A stretch of 63,294 nt of DNA, the filler included, from Collodictyon triciliatum (lineage: Eukaryota): assembly GCA_043381765.1 (NCBI GenBank). It is 8 parts of 8 records of this genome, joined end to end, with 100 filler letters (N's around TTAATTAATTAA, not from the genome) between each part and the next. Parts side by side here need not be neighbours in the genome. Positions count along the whole stretch, not along the records: positions 7,376 to 19,413 come from JBHJMP010004004.1; positions 19,514 to 26,736 come from JBHJMP010004005.1; positions 26,837 to 34,053 come from JBHJMP010004006.1; 5 more parts are not named here. One strand, given 5' to 3'. The position numbers were made by a program, and so were the translations under genes. The notes beneath the pieces were generated by a model that saw only the letters and a program-made list of their open reading frames with translations, searched no databases and had not been told where the DNA came from. Positions 16,458 through 27,971 of this stretch are shown here, in pieces (position 1 is the stretch's first letter; the number at the start of each line of letters is the position of its first letter).

Positions 16458-19187
16458 ATGTCGACCGTCTACGTCAGCGCCCCTCCGACGAGCGGCAAGG
16501 TGATTCTGCAGACGTCGCTCGGCCCGCTGGACATCGAGCTGTGGAGCAAAGAGGCGCCCCAGGCGTCCCGCAACTTTGTGCAGCTGTGCTTGGAGGGCTA
16601 CTACAGCGGGACCCTCTTCCACCGGGTGATCAAGGACTTTATGATCCAGGGCGGAGATCCCACCGGCACAGGCAGAGGTCTCTCTTTCTCTTTCTCTTTC
16701 TCTCTCTCCCTCTTCCACTCCCCAAACCACACCACACCACACCGAGACAATACAATACAGATCAAACAAAAACACATCACCGCCAGGTAAGTTGGGCCTC
16801 CTCGGCTTCTCCATGTACCCATCAGTCCTATTAACTGTGCAAATCCACCGCCGACAAAAAAAAAAAATAAAAAAAAAAAAAGGAGGCGAGTCGATCTATG
16901 GAGAGGACTTCAAGGACGAAATACACTCGCGCCTCCGCTTCGCTCATCGCGGAATCGTAGCCATGGCAAATACTGGCCCAAACACCAATGCCAGTCAGTT
17001 CTTTATTACCCTGGGAAAAGCCGAATGGATTGACAAAAAGTACACCATCTTCGGAAAGGTATGCGCTGTTCGCCTTTGTCAAAATCTACACCAAACAAAA
17101 AGTCCTTCCATTCGTATGAATAGGGTTGATATTCCTATGATGTGTTTTGAATTTTAAATGAAAAGATTTTTTCATACACTCTTGTTCCTTAATTTTTTTC
17201 TCATGCTCATTTTCTTTATCACTTTCTCTCAAAATAACACCATATTCTACATAGATCACCGGTGATTCCATTTACAACCTTATCAAAGCAAATTCATTGG
17301 ACACAGACAAGGAAGACCGCCCGCTTTATCCTCCGAAAATCATCTCAGTCGATGTTTGCCTAGTTTTCACGATACCTATATTATGAATGCAAGACAAATT
17401 CTCTGTATCTTTCTTTTAGACCTAAAGATACTATCAAATACCTAATCATCTCTCTCATGCATATGGATGAAAACGGGGAAAAAATTACTCAGATTGTTTT
17501 CAATCCTTTTGAAGACATTACCCCTCGCGTTCAAGGTAAAAAGAGTGATGCTTCAGAGAAATCAAGTAGTACAGAAAAGGCTCGTACCAGGTAGAGAATA
17601 CATGTATAAAATCTTCATTCATCACACGAGCAAAGCTGTGCTTTTAAATCACCTTTTCTTTCCCTTTAATCATCCACCTAACTTTATTTTTTATTTTATG
17701 AAACTGAGTCAAATTTATCAACCAAATGTTTAAATCACCCCAATATCAACCTCGAGAAAAATAATGCTGCTTTTTTTTTTTTTACCGACAGGAATAAAAA
17801 TCTACTATCTTTTGGTGATGAAATAAATGAAGATGATACTGTATGCTAGTTAATAGTTATGAAATTTCACTATTGCATCTATCCTTTTACAAACACCTGT
17901 AATATTTTTTTTCTGTGATGTGTATTAATATCCCTCAATCAAAACTAGCTTTATCCACATTATGCGGTACATATCCCTCTATTAACGTTTTCCATACGCA
18001 TCCTGTCAGGATTCTATATCTGTCTCAAAGACAAAGCCAGCCGTGGAGGGTATGTCCTCCTCACATGATGAATTAAATGACTTTGTTTTAATTTCAAAAA
18101 TTATTCCCTTGAAAATATGAAAGTTCTTACGACTATAAATCAATCATGCAGCGCTGGAAATATCAGCAAAGTACATTATTATAAACAGATGCAATCCTTT
18201 TCAAATTTCAGGATATGCGCATATATATCAACCACATTTACTTCACATTCATGAACTTGATAATATACTTTATATTGTTTCAGCTTGTCCTTTTTTAAAT
18301 ACAATTTTGAAAAAAGACATTATTCCTCCTGAATATAATTTATACATTACATCAAACATTAGAACGATATCCGAGAAACTGACAAAGGCGACCGAAACAG
18401 CTGCTCAGTCCAGCGCAACTGTACGACGTATCCAATTTAATCATATGTGGGCATTGAATATACTGCACTCCGAATCAACATTCTCTTCAAACTTACTGAA
18501 TTAGGTTCCACAAATCCGCGGATTGTCATCGCGGAAAATCGTCCAGGATTCTGATGACTCAGGTAGTTTCTATATTTTAAAATATTGTGTATTATTTTCT
18601 GTCGCATGGAAACAAATAATACGGTTTGGTTGGTGACTAGATTTCTCGACTAGGGAGCGAAGAAGAACTGACAGACAGAGAAAAGAGGAAGCTCAAAGAA
18701 AAGTAAAGTTTCTCTATCGCATCTCACTGAACGAATTCAAAATTTGAACAATTTTTCGAGAGAAAGGCAAGAAGTTGTAATGAAAATCTCGATTAATTTA
18801 TAGTAATAACTTTTTTTTTTAAAAAAAAAACTGCGTGTATTTGAAGGGAAGAGCGAGAGAAAGAGATGAAAAGGTTGAAAAAAGAGATCAAAGCAATTGG
18901 CAAAGAAAAATCTGTAGAGGATAAAGTGATGGAGGAAAAACCTAGGTCGTTTCTACAGGTAAACTCGGTGAATTTGCTTGTTTTGTGTAATGTGTAATAT
19001 AAAATTAATTAAAGCTAATTAATTATTTAAATGAATATATCTCCTCTATTATTCTTTGTATAATTTTGCACTTTATGATTTTTCATATTTTCCTTTCAAA
19101 CCATATTGCACTCGATTTAGCTTCAGAATGAAAAATTCCAGCGTGGAAAACACCGCCTTGGAGACAAAACAAAGAGAGAGCAACAAG
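16458..19187 (+). CDS. CWC27: Spliceosome-associated cyclophilin CWC27, multi-exon, 3' end lost in the gap
   Basis: [82 protein letters not shown]. Confidence 0.92.
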
Positions 19188-19339
19188 TAATTTTTTTTTT
19201 TTTTTTAATAATGCATGCATATAAGCTCCAACTTCAGTTCAAGATGATTGGGATGAAATTTATTAAATATGATTCTAGCACTTTTCCTTCCTTCAATTTC
19301 CCTTTTTCATAGAAAGTAATAGAACAAAAAAGAAAAAAA

Positions 19340-19413
<74 letters not shown>

Positions 19414-19675
19414 NNNNNNNNNNNNNNNNNNNNNNNNNNNNNNNNNNNNNNNNNNNNTTAATTAATTAANNNNNNNNNNNNNNNNNNNNNNNNNNNNNNN
19501 NNNNNNNNNNNNNAACAAAAAACAAAAAAACAAAAAACAAAAAACAAAAAACAAAAAACAAAAAACAAAAAACAAAAAAACAAAAAAACAAAAAAACATA
19601 AAAACATAAAAATGTCACCTTTAGACGACCACAACAGCCCTAATTGCCCACCATTCTTGCCAATCCTCCCCGCAG

Positions 19676-21236
19676 ATGAACGCACAGGCAGAAAACCACA
19701 GCCGCCTTCTAGCGCAGCTTGCCGAAGAGAAGCCGCTTCGCCTGGAGCAGCTGCGGGCCAAGGATGGCTTCGTATGCGACATGGACGGAGTCATCTACCA
19801 CGGAAATCGCCTGCTGCCTGGCGTCAAGGAATTCGTAGCGTGGCTACGAGCAAACAACAAGCGCTTTCTCTTCCTCACAAACAACAGCGCACCCACAGCT
19901 AAGGAGCTGCGGCAAAAGCTGCTCCGTTTGGGCGTTGATATCGAAGAGGATCGCTTCTACACAAGCGCCATGGCCACAGCAAAGTTTCTCGAGTCGCAGA
20001 AGCAGGTTGCTTCTCTCCTATCACTTCTGATTTTGATTTATTCTACTGTATTTTATTATGCTTTTCTTTATTTTCACTTTCCTATTTCCATACAATTACT
20101 CGGATGATGTCTTATGAAGGAAAGAGCTCAATGGATTAAAGATAAATTACGGCATATTTTCTTATACATGAAAGATTTCTTGGGTTTAAAGTAAATATGT
20201 ACTCGTTTTTTTTTTTTTTTTTACCAGCTTGTCCACTTCCAAGGCAGTTACCACCAATTTTTACATGTTTTTTGGGGGTTATATATAACAACTTTGCCAT
20301 GTCGAATCATTACTAAGGGATTATGATAACTATGTAGAACGGGACGGTTTACGTGATTGGCGAGCCGGGACTACACTTGGCTCTCTATCAGGCCGGATTC
20401 ATCATGAATGACGTCTCTCCTGACTTTGTCGTCGTTGGCGAGGGAACAAGTCTCAATTATGAAAAGGTATATGTCGCGTATGGTTCACCATTAGGTCTGC
20501 GCACTGAAGGTAGCTTCCGTTGAGATGTTTTTAACACAACATATGCAAACCAAAGATTGCCAGAGCAGTGGATCTCGTTCACAAAGGCGCTCGTCTGATT
20601 GCCACAAACCCTGATGTGAACGGGCCAAGCGAGCATGGGCTTGTCCCGGCGTGCGGTGCTTTTGTCTCAACGATTGAGCTGGCCACCGGAAAGAAGGCAT
20701 TTTTCTGTGGGAAGCCCTCTGCATTGATGATGAGGTTTTCTCTTTCTCCTGGGGCTGTTTACCAATTTTTCAATTGTTTATTTACTAATCCATTTTTTTG
20801 GGGCTTACATTTCAATCATCGCACTTTTATTTCAAAAAAAAACTATAGAAGGGAAAAAACAATTTCATTTTTTTTTATCATGATGTGTCTAACTGTAATC
20901 AAACCCGTTCTGTTTGCGGAGTGTAACCAATATTGTATATTAAAATGTGGTTCTCGTAGGTACGCACAAAAAATCCTTGGAACAAGCCGCGAGAAGACAT
21001 GCATCATCGGTGACCGCATGGACACCGACATTATTGCTGGCGTATTGAGCGAAATTGATCCGATTCTTGTTCTAAGCGGAGTAGCTAAGATTGAAGATCT
21101 TGGCAGTTTTGCATACCGCCCATTCCTTGTTCTTGAAGGCGTCACTGAAATACCTGTTGTTGAAGATGAAAATAGCGAGCATGACGAAGCAAGCGGTCAC
21201 ACGATGAAGAGGCAGAAAGTCATGGAGCCAAAGTAG
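19676..21236 (+). CDS. HAD-superfamily subfamily IIA hydrolase, NagD-like; 3 introns
   Basis: CDMDGVIY motif I, FLTNNS, ATNPD, GKPS, IIGDRMDTDI, LVLSG; stop TAG. Confidence 0.9.
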
Positions 21237-21689
21237 TTTTATAACTCTGAATGATAGGGTGCAATCGCTGCAGTTGGAAGGTTAGCTGTCCTTCAACGTT
21301 TCTGGATGGCATCCTTTTCGTCTTGCTCATTCAAGCTCCCCTTTCTGAGACTTGGCCACTGGAATTCGAATAAACCTTTTCCCCCTTACATATCCACCGG
21401 GTACTATCTTTCTAGCATCAAAGGTATTTGGTCCCAAGATTTGTCGGGCTTTGTCTGCGTCAGTTCAGAAACTCACCAAAAGCTGAATTTGGAAGAAACC
21501 AGCAGTTGTGATGCATATAAGATACGATGTGAGGGCGAGGAGTGGACATGGTTTATTCATTTTCCTCAGAATTCAAGCGAAATATGGAAGTCGGTGAATA
21601 GGACAGAAATAAAAAAAATAGTGCAGCCTGAAATCATGGTGCATCTCGGCAGGATTCAAAGCATCGGGTTTCAACATAATATTATTTCA

Positions 21690-21946
21690 CTATTACTATT
21701 ACTATTACTATTACTTTTACTATTACTTTTACTATTACTATTACTATTACTATTACTATTACTATTACTATTACTATTACTATTACTATTACTATTACTA
21801 TTACTATTACTATTACTATTATATTATTATTACTATTACTATTACTATTACTATTACTATTACTATTACTATTACTATTACTATTACTATTACTATTACT
21901 ATTACTATTACTATTACTATTACTATTACTATTACTATTACTATTA
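21690..21946. repeat. (TATTAC)n microsatellite
   Basis: Direct reading; gives rise to the poly-L/poly-Y spurious ORFs. Confidence 0.95.
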
Positions 21947-22185
21947 TGCATTTGTAATTGTTTCACCATTCGTCGTGCTTGCGCGATTAAAGTCCATTTT
22001 CCTTGCATGCAACACTTTATTTCTGATGAGCGGACACTTCATTTTAAAATTTCGCAAGAAGATGAGGGAAAGATAGCATTATGGCCGATGAATAGTTTGC
22101 ATCACAATATCTAATTGCACATTCCCCTGATTACAGGCTGAAACCGTCGTTAGAGCACACAAGCGCTAGATAGTGGGCGTAGTGG

Positions 22186-23339
22186 ATGAATCCATCAACA
22201 TTCAAGGGAGCAATCATCCTTGTTCTTTTTACGCTTCTGGGATCGATTTTTCTGAGATGTCATTCCACTAAAGGCGAGTGCCAGGCTTACATGTGTATGA
22301 ACTCTCGATGGAGGCAGGGTGAAGATGTTCCAGTAAAGAATGCGAGCATCACAAAACCTCTTAGTGCCTTAAACACGGTGAATTCTTCCGAGGAAAATGA
22401 CGAGCAGTTGCTGAGGATGGCCGGCTACTGCGCGGCGGAGTTCCCAAAGGTGATATTCTATAATCGCATCCCAAAGACAGGTTCAACCAGTATCCAAAAA
22501 TACATCACCGATTCAGCTTCACAAAGAGATGGGTCAATCCGCTTTCAAGTTGTTTCATACCAACCAGGGAGCATGCGAGGCCACCCCGACAAGAGGCCGT
22601 TCGTCTTGATTCCGTCACCTGAGGAAATAGCTTACCGCCAAGAAGAGATGCTTCGCTTGAGCCCGGCAGTTTTTGATACACACACCTACTACCATCCGTA
22701 TCTCCCTGTTAATGCGCACAACACCTTAAACAAGCACGGGGACATATCTTTTGTGAATATAATGCGCGAGCCGCTAGAAAGATTGTCATCGCTATACCGG
22801 TACCACTGCCGTAAAAAGGCTGACTGCAACCTGGACCCAAACACTTACATGTTTATGATGCCACGCAACTCACAAACAAAGTTTCTATGCGGGACAAACC
22901 CCGAATGTTCCACAAACATGCAAAAGGCTCTGTACATCGCAAAAAGTCACGTAGCAAAAGTGTATTCGGTGGTCGGGATTTCAAGTAGATTAGCAGACGT
23001 GGTGGAGCTCTGGCGCATAGTATTTCCGTCATTCTTTCAGAAGGTAAAAGTCTTTCAGAGCCTCAATCTCAACCGCAGGGTCAAATAAGCAGCGAGTTTT
23101 TTTTTAAAAAAAAAGAAAATGAGTAGTGCAAAATAAACATGCCTCTAACGATTGATAATCACATCTAGAGCTTCAAAGATGCGCATCTAAATGTCAGCAA
23201 CATTACAAGTACATTCAAGTTACTGACTGCTGAGAATGAAGAGAAGCTAAAAAGGATCCATTGGGCGGATTACAATCTCTATCGCTTCACAGAAATATTC
23301 TTTAATCGTAAACTGGCTGCATGCAGCTCTACCAGGTAA
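22186..23339 (+). CDS. Type II membrane sulfotransferase, heparan/uronyl 2-O-sulfotransferase-like; 1 intron
   Basis: N-terminal TM; 5'-PSB loop YNRIPKTGSTS; 3'-PB MREPLERLSSLYRY; QTKFLCG; YSVVGI; exon 2 ends WADYNLY...TAA 23339. Confidence 0.82.
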
Positions 23340-23410
23340 GTTCTATCTCACTTGATATTTGGTGTGATTTAACGAAGATGAAAATAAATAAATAACGGAT
23401 GCCGATTAGT

Positions 23411-26400
23411 TTATGAATCAGATAAGCGAGGTCGTTTTACCTCAGTATCTGCATTTCCTTCACCATCGCGGGGTGGGCGATCTCCTTTTTTTTCTTCATT
23501 TACTGGGAAAGGGTATGTTTGAGGGTCTGCTCTAAAGATGACTTCCGGCAATTGAAAAGAGATGCAGAACATCAGTTTGTTTGGCGATACGTCTCGGACT
23601 TCGTGGAATTCAGCATTTTCTATTTGCCCACCGAGCGCCATGGATGCTCTCTATATATTTTATTCATAAAGGGGGTGAGAGATGAATGGATAACAAAAGA
23701 GTAAAAACGAGCCCTATCAGAAAATAAGGGGGCGTATTGAAGCCTCTGTAAAAACAGAATAAAGAAAATATACAAGATAACGGGTGCATTATTTTGGGAA
23801 GATGAGCTTCTTCATTTCCATTCCAATTCCTTATATTTTTATATTAGCCCATATCAAAATAATTTGAAAAAACCTTCAGAATATCCTGCTTTGGGTTCTC
23901 AGACTTTGTAAAGCAATGGCAGTGAATTCGCGGTGGGGGTAGTGTTGTTCCATGGCCAACACCATAGAATGCATCTAAATTATGTATATCACTCTGCTTT
24001 AAGGAAAGAGGACGAGGAAAGGACAGAAATCATAATTGCAACAGAATACTGCATACCGAGAAATTGGAGTGCAAGGGCTGGAAGATTCATGACAACTTGA
24101 GTAATAGGTCTGCCTTTTCCCAGCGGTTCTTTCAGGTTCCACCCAACTTTCAGTGGGAAAATCTTGCGAATAAACTCTCTTCCATCAAGATTATACCCCG
24201 TGACTTTGCTTCCTACCTGAGAAATGTGTAATTGACTCAGCTCAAATGGATGATTGCAAATGTAAATCGAATTTGTTATTATGTGGTTGATATGCAACTT
24301 TCGATTGCAATTACCATATACTTTTTCTATGAATTATTTCACAGTATTTGTGTTGCTAACATAATAATACTAATACTAAAAATAATACTAATACTAAAAA
24401 TAAGAATCAGAAGAATAGTAATAATAGTAATAATAATAATAATAATCAGAAGAATAGTAATAATAGCAATAGCAATAGCAATCACCAAGGGATGCACCAA
24501 CCTTATTGATTTTAATATTTTCAACCAAGTATTTGTGAGAGGCTGGGTTTAAGTCATTAGCGTGGACTTCACACCCTTTTTTGGCTGCTGGGATGGCAAA
24601 TGGACCCACACCACAAAAAACATCACCTATTTGCAAACATGTTAGAATAATATTCGCGAGCATATGTGATGAGCAATCGTAAGAGTCTGTGAAATAAATA
24701 GTAGTTGTCCAATCAGGAGCTCAGCGATAAGGTACTTAGGCGGCTGGTAGTAATCGTGAAATTTACGAAGTAAAACCAAGTCCCAGCATTAAATTAAAAA
24801 AAATATTATACATCGTGTCTGATGGCTTACATATAACATCAGATGGAGAAAAGGAATGCACGATCCGCTCATGCTCATGGTGGAGCCGAGAGTTCCAATA
24901 TACTTCGCCAAAGTTGAAGCGGAAACGGCAGTCGGCTTCTCTCTTGTGATTTTAAGCTAAGTTATTTTGATTTGAAATGGAAGATACGAGGATTATGCGG
25001 ATTAATTAGAAAAAAAAGTGGGAAAACCCAGTTGTACCCATGGTGGCGTTCCCAGAAAAAAATACTTTACAAAGGAAAGCATAATTCTATCTTATTTTAC
25101 AGAATTGAAAATATGTTTTATAAAACATCTATTTATGGGAAAATATTGAATTTTGAATATATTTTGTATCTTCATTTCTTTCGAGAAAGACAAATGATAC
25201 CACTTCTGTGTCGAGACTTGGATCTCCAGCAATAACATCCACTTGAAAATTGCGATAAACATTTGATATCATAGCTGCTTTATTTACAACAGTACGAATC
25301 CGAGGGGAATGTTTCTAATATTTATCAGTTAACTGCGCAAATCAGGCATATTAAAAATGTGGATAAAGATTGTAAGAGAATAAACTGAGAGAAATATAGA
25401 GCATGCCCCCTCTTTTTTTCTTTTGTCTTCTCATATAGAAAGGATCATATATACGATCAATTATCAAAAATATTCGAAGGTTTTATTGTATCTGTGATCT
25501 ATAACCCTGTGTTTGTAAAAAAAAAAATACGTCCAAAACAACTTGACCAATAAGGGATTTGTAAGGAAGCTGATGGTCTCGAAGATTGAAGTGGGCGATG
25601 TGACCCACTTGCGTAAAAGAAACTGGAACCTCCATATTGGTTGGTAGGTAGTGTTTCAGGATATCCTCTACAAGTTCGATAACAATGTACATAAGCTTAA
25701 GTCCCTTTCAAGACGAATTTCCCTTTCTAAAGAGCAAGATATACACATTTACGAAATGTGTGTTGAATTTGTAACGTAGATGAAACAAGCAGATATATAC
25801 CCATGGATAGCTGGTCATATCCTGTTTTCAATGGAAAGCTGGTCCATTCTGCATTATGCCTGCCGATAAGTTCCTTGCACTCAAGAGGGAGAGTTTCCTC
25901 ACCTAAATCCCGTTTAAAATCGTAGTAAATCAGAAGTTATTGAATTTATAATAGACAAGGTGGGCTATCAATTGTGTATATGATGAAACCATAATAAAGA
26001 ACATCTAAAAAGCAAACAAGAAAATAAATAAATGAATGAATAATATACACATAACATATACTTAGGCAAATAGATGAACAATTAATGATAACGATACATA
26101 TCTTTGATATGCTGTCAACAAAGAAAAAAAAAGGTATTCTACCTTCGCCATTAATTTTTGGACTCAACAAAAGGATTCGGTGGAGAGTGGACACATCGTC
26201 ATTATAAATATTCTTTGTTTTCGGCTCATTCAGCAGGAAACTACACTCAGTAAATGATCAAATGAATATACAGATACGCAGACATACAGAGTTAGAAAAA
26301 TAGAAAAATAGACAAGAGCAACATCAGAAGAGAGGTAAGCAGAGGTATCATTCGAAGTGTTTAAATGAAATCATAAGCAGTCGCATAATCGAAACATCGA

Positions 26401-26530
26401 ATTTCGACTTCAACTATTACAAACAGATATAAAAGTGCGATATGAATGTTTTTTTTTCTCCATCTCAGCCCACCAGAAAACTCGAAGGCATATCTCCGCC
26501 ACAAACGCGAACGAGGATAGCCTCCTTGCT
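23411..26530 (-). CDS. TRM5: tRNA (guanine-37-N1)-methyltransferase, multi-exon, 5' end uncertain or truncated
   Basis: [82 protein letters not shown]. Confidence 0.93.
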
Positions 26531-26860
26531 TCATTAATTTACTTCCTTTCCTTTCCTTTCCTTTCCTTTCCTTTCCTTTCCTTTCCTTTCCTTTCCTTTC
26601 CTTTCCTTTCCTTTCCTTTTCTTTTCTTTTCTTTTCTTTTCTTTTCTTTTCTTTTCTTTTCTTTTCTTTTCTTTTCTTTTCTTTTCTTTTCTTTTCTTTT
26701 CTTTTCTTTTCTTTTCTTTTCTTTTCTTTTCTTTTCNNNNNNNNNNNNNNNNNNNNNNNNNNNNNNNNNNNNNNNNNNNNTTAATTAATTAANNNNNNNN
26801 NNNNNNNNNNNNNNNNNNNNNNNNNNNNNNNNNNNNAATACCAATACCAATAACAATAAC

Positions 26861-26978
<118 letters not shown>

Positions 26979-27971
26979 GGGGAATAAAAAAGACCGATCG
27001 AGCTCAAGCCATCGACCCACGGACAGCAAGATAAGTATGAAAATAGTGCTCAGTACTAGTTGCTCTGATTCATTCATTCATTCGTTTCTTTTTTCTTTTC
27101 TTTTCTTTTCATTTTGTTTTTGTTTTTCCTTTTCAATTTTTCTTCCCCTTTTCTTTTCCCTCCTTCGTTTCGTTTCGTTTCGTTTCGTGTCCTTTCGTTT
27201 CTTTTTTCTTTTTTCTTTTTTCGTTTTTCCTTTCCCTTTTTTCCTTCCTCTTCGGCCTCATTCAGTCTGTAAATGGATAAACTTCATTGCAAAGGTTGTG
27301 ACGAACTTGGGTTTATCCCTTTCAAGGCACTACACTTTTTATGCAACGAAAGTGTACCCATATATAGCAGTTTATTGCACAGACAACCATCGAACTAAAT
27401 CTGGATTCACGAAACCAGGAGCTTTGATGAATCCAAGAAACAACCTGAATGATATAATAGTATGATTAGCAATATACTAAGTTTAAAAATACTTAATAAT
27501 AACCATTCTATTCCTGTAATCAATTTATATTTTTTTCGTTTATGTAATATTAATTCAAAAATGACAAACTAGCCCTTGCCTTGGCCCCGACAGAACCCAC
27601 AACATAAACTTGTCACCAAACATGCATTTAAAAAAAGCTATACTATCCACACTTGCGACGGTAATCATGTTGGTTGGGGCCGATATGTTGACTTTCAGTC
27701 GCAATGGCTATACGGCCGTCCTTTCGAACTCGCCGAATCGGCTCTCAGGGTTTTGTCTCAAATCACTTATATATAAAAAAAAACTTCGTGCGACTGTTTG
27801 CCACAATGCACACATTTTGAGGGTCTCGGTAGATGCTTCATTTTACATAAGTTGACTTTATGCTGTTTTTTTTTATTTTTTTTATTATTATTAAATTCAC
27901 TAATCGATTAAAGTTTCATTAAAATTGAATCGGTGGTTTTCTAAAGGAAAAAGTAAAACAAAGTCTTTCAC

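Noticed and set aside
21306-22076. 256-aa ORF with poly-Leu/poly-Tyr
   Set aside because: Its length comes from the (TATTAC)n microsatellite; the unique part has no recognisable motif
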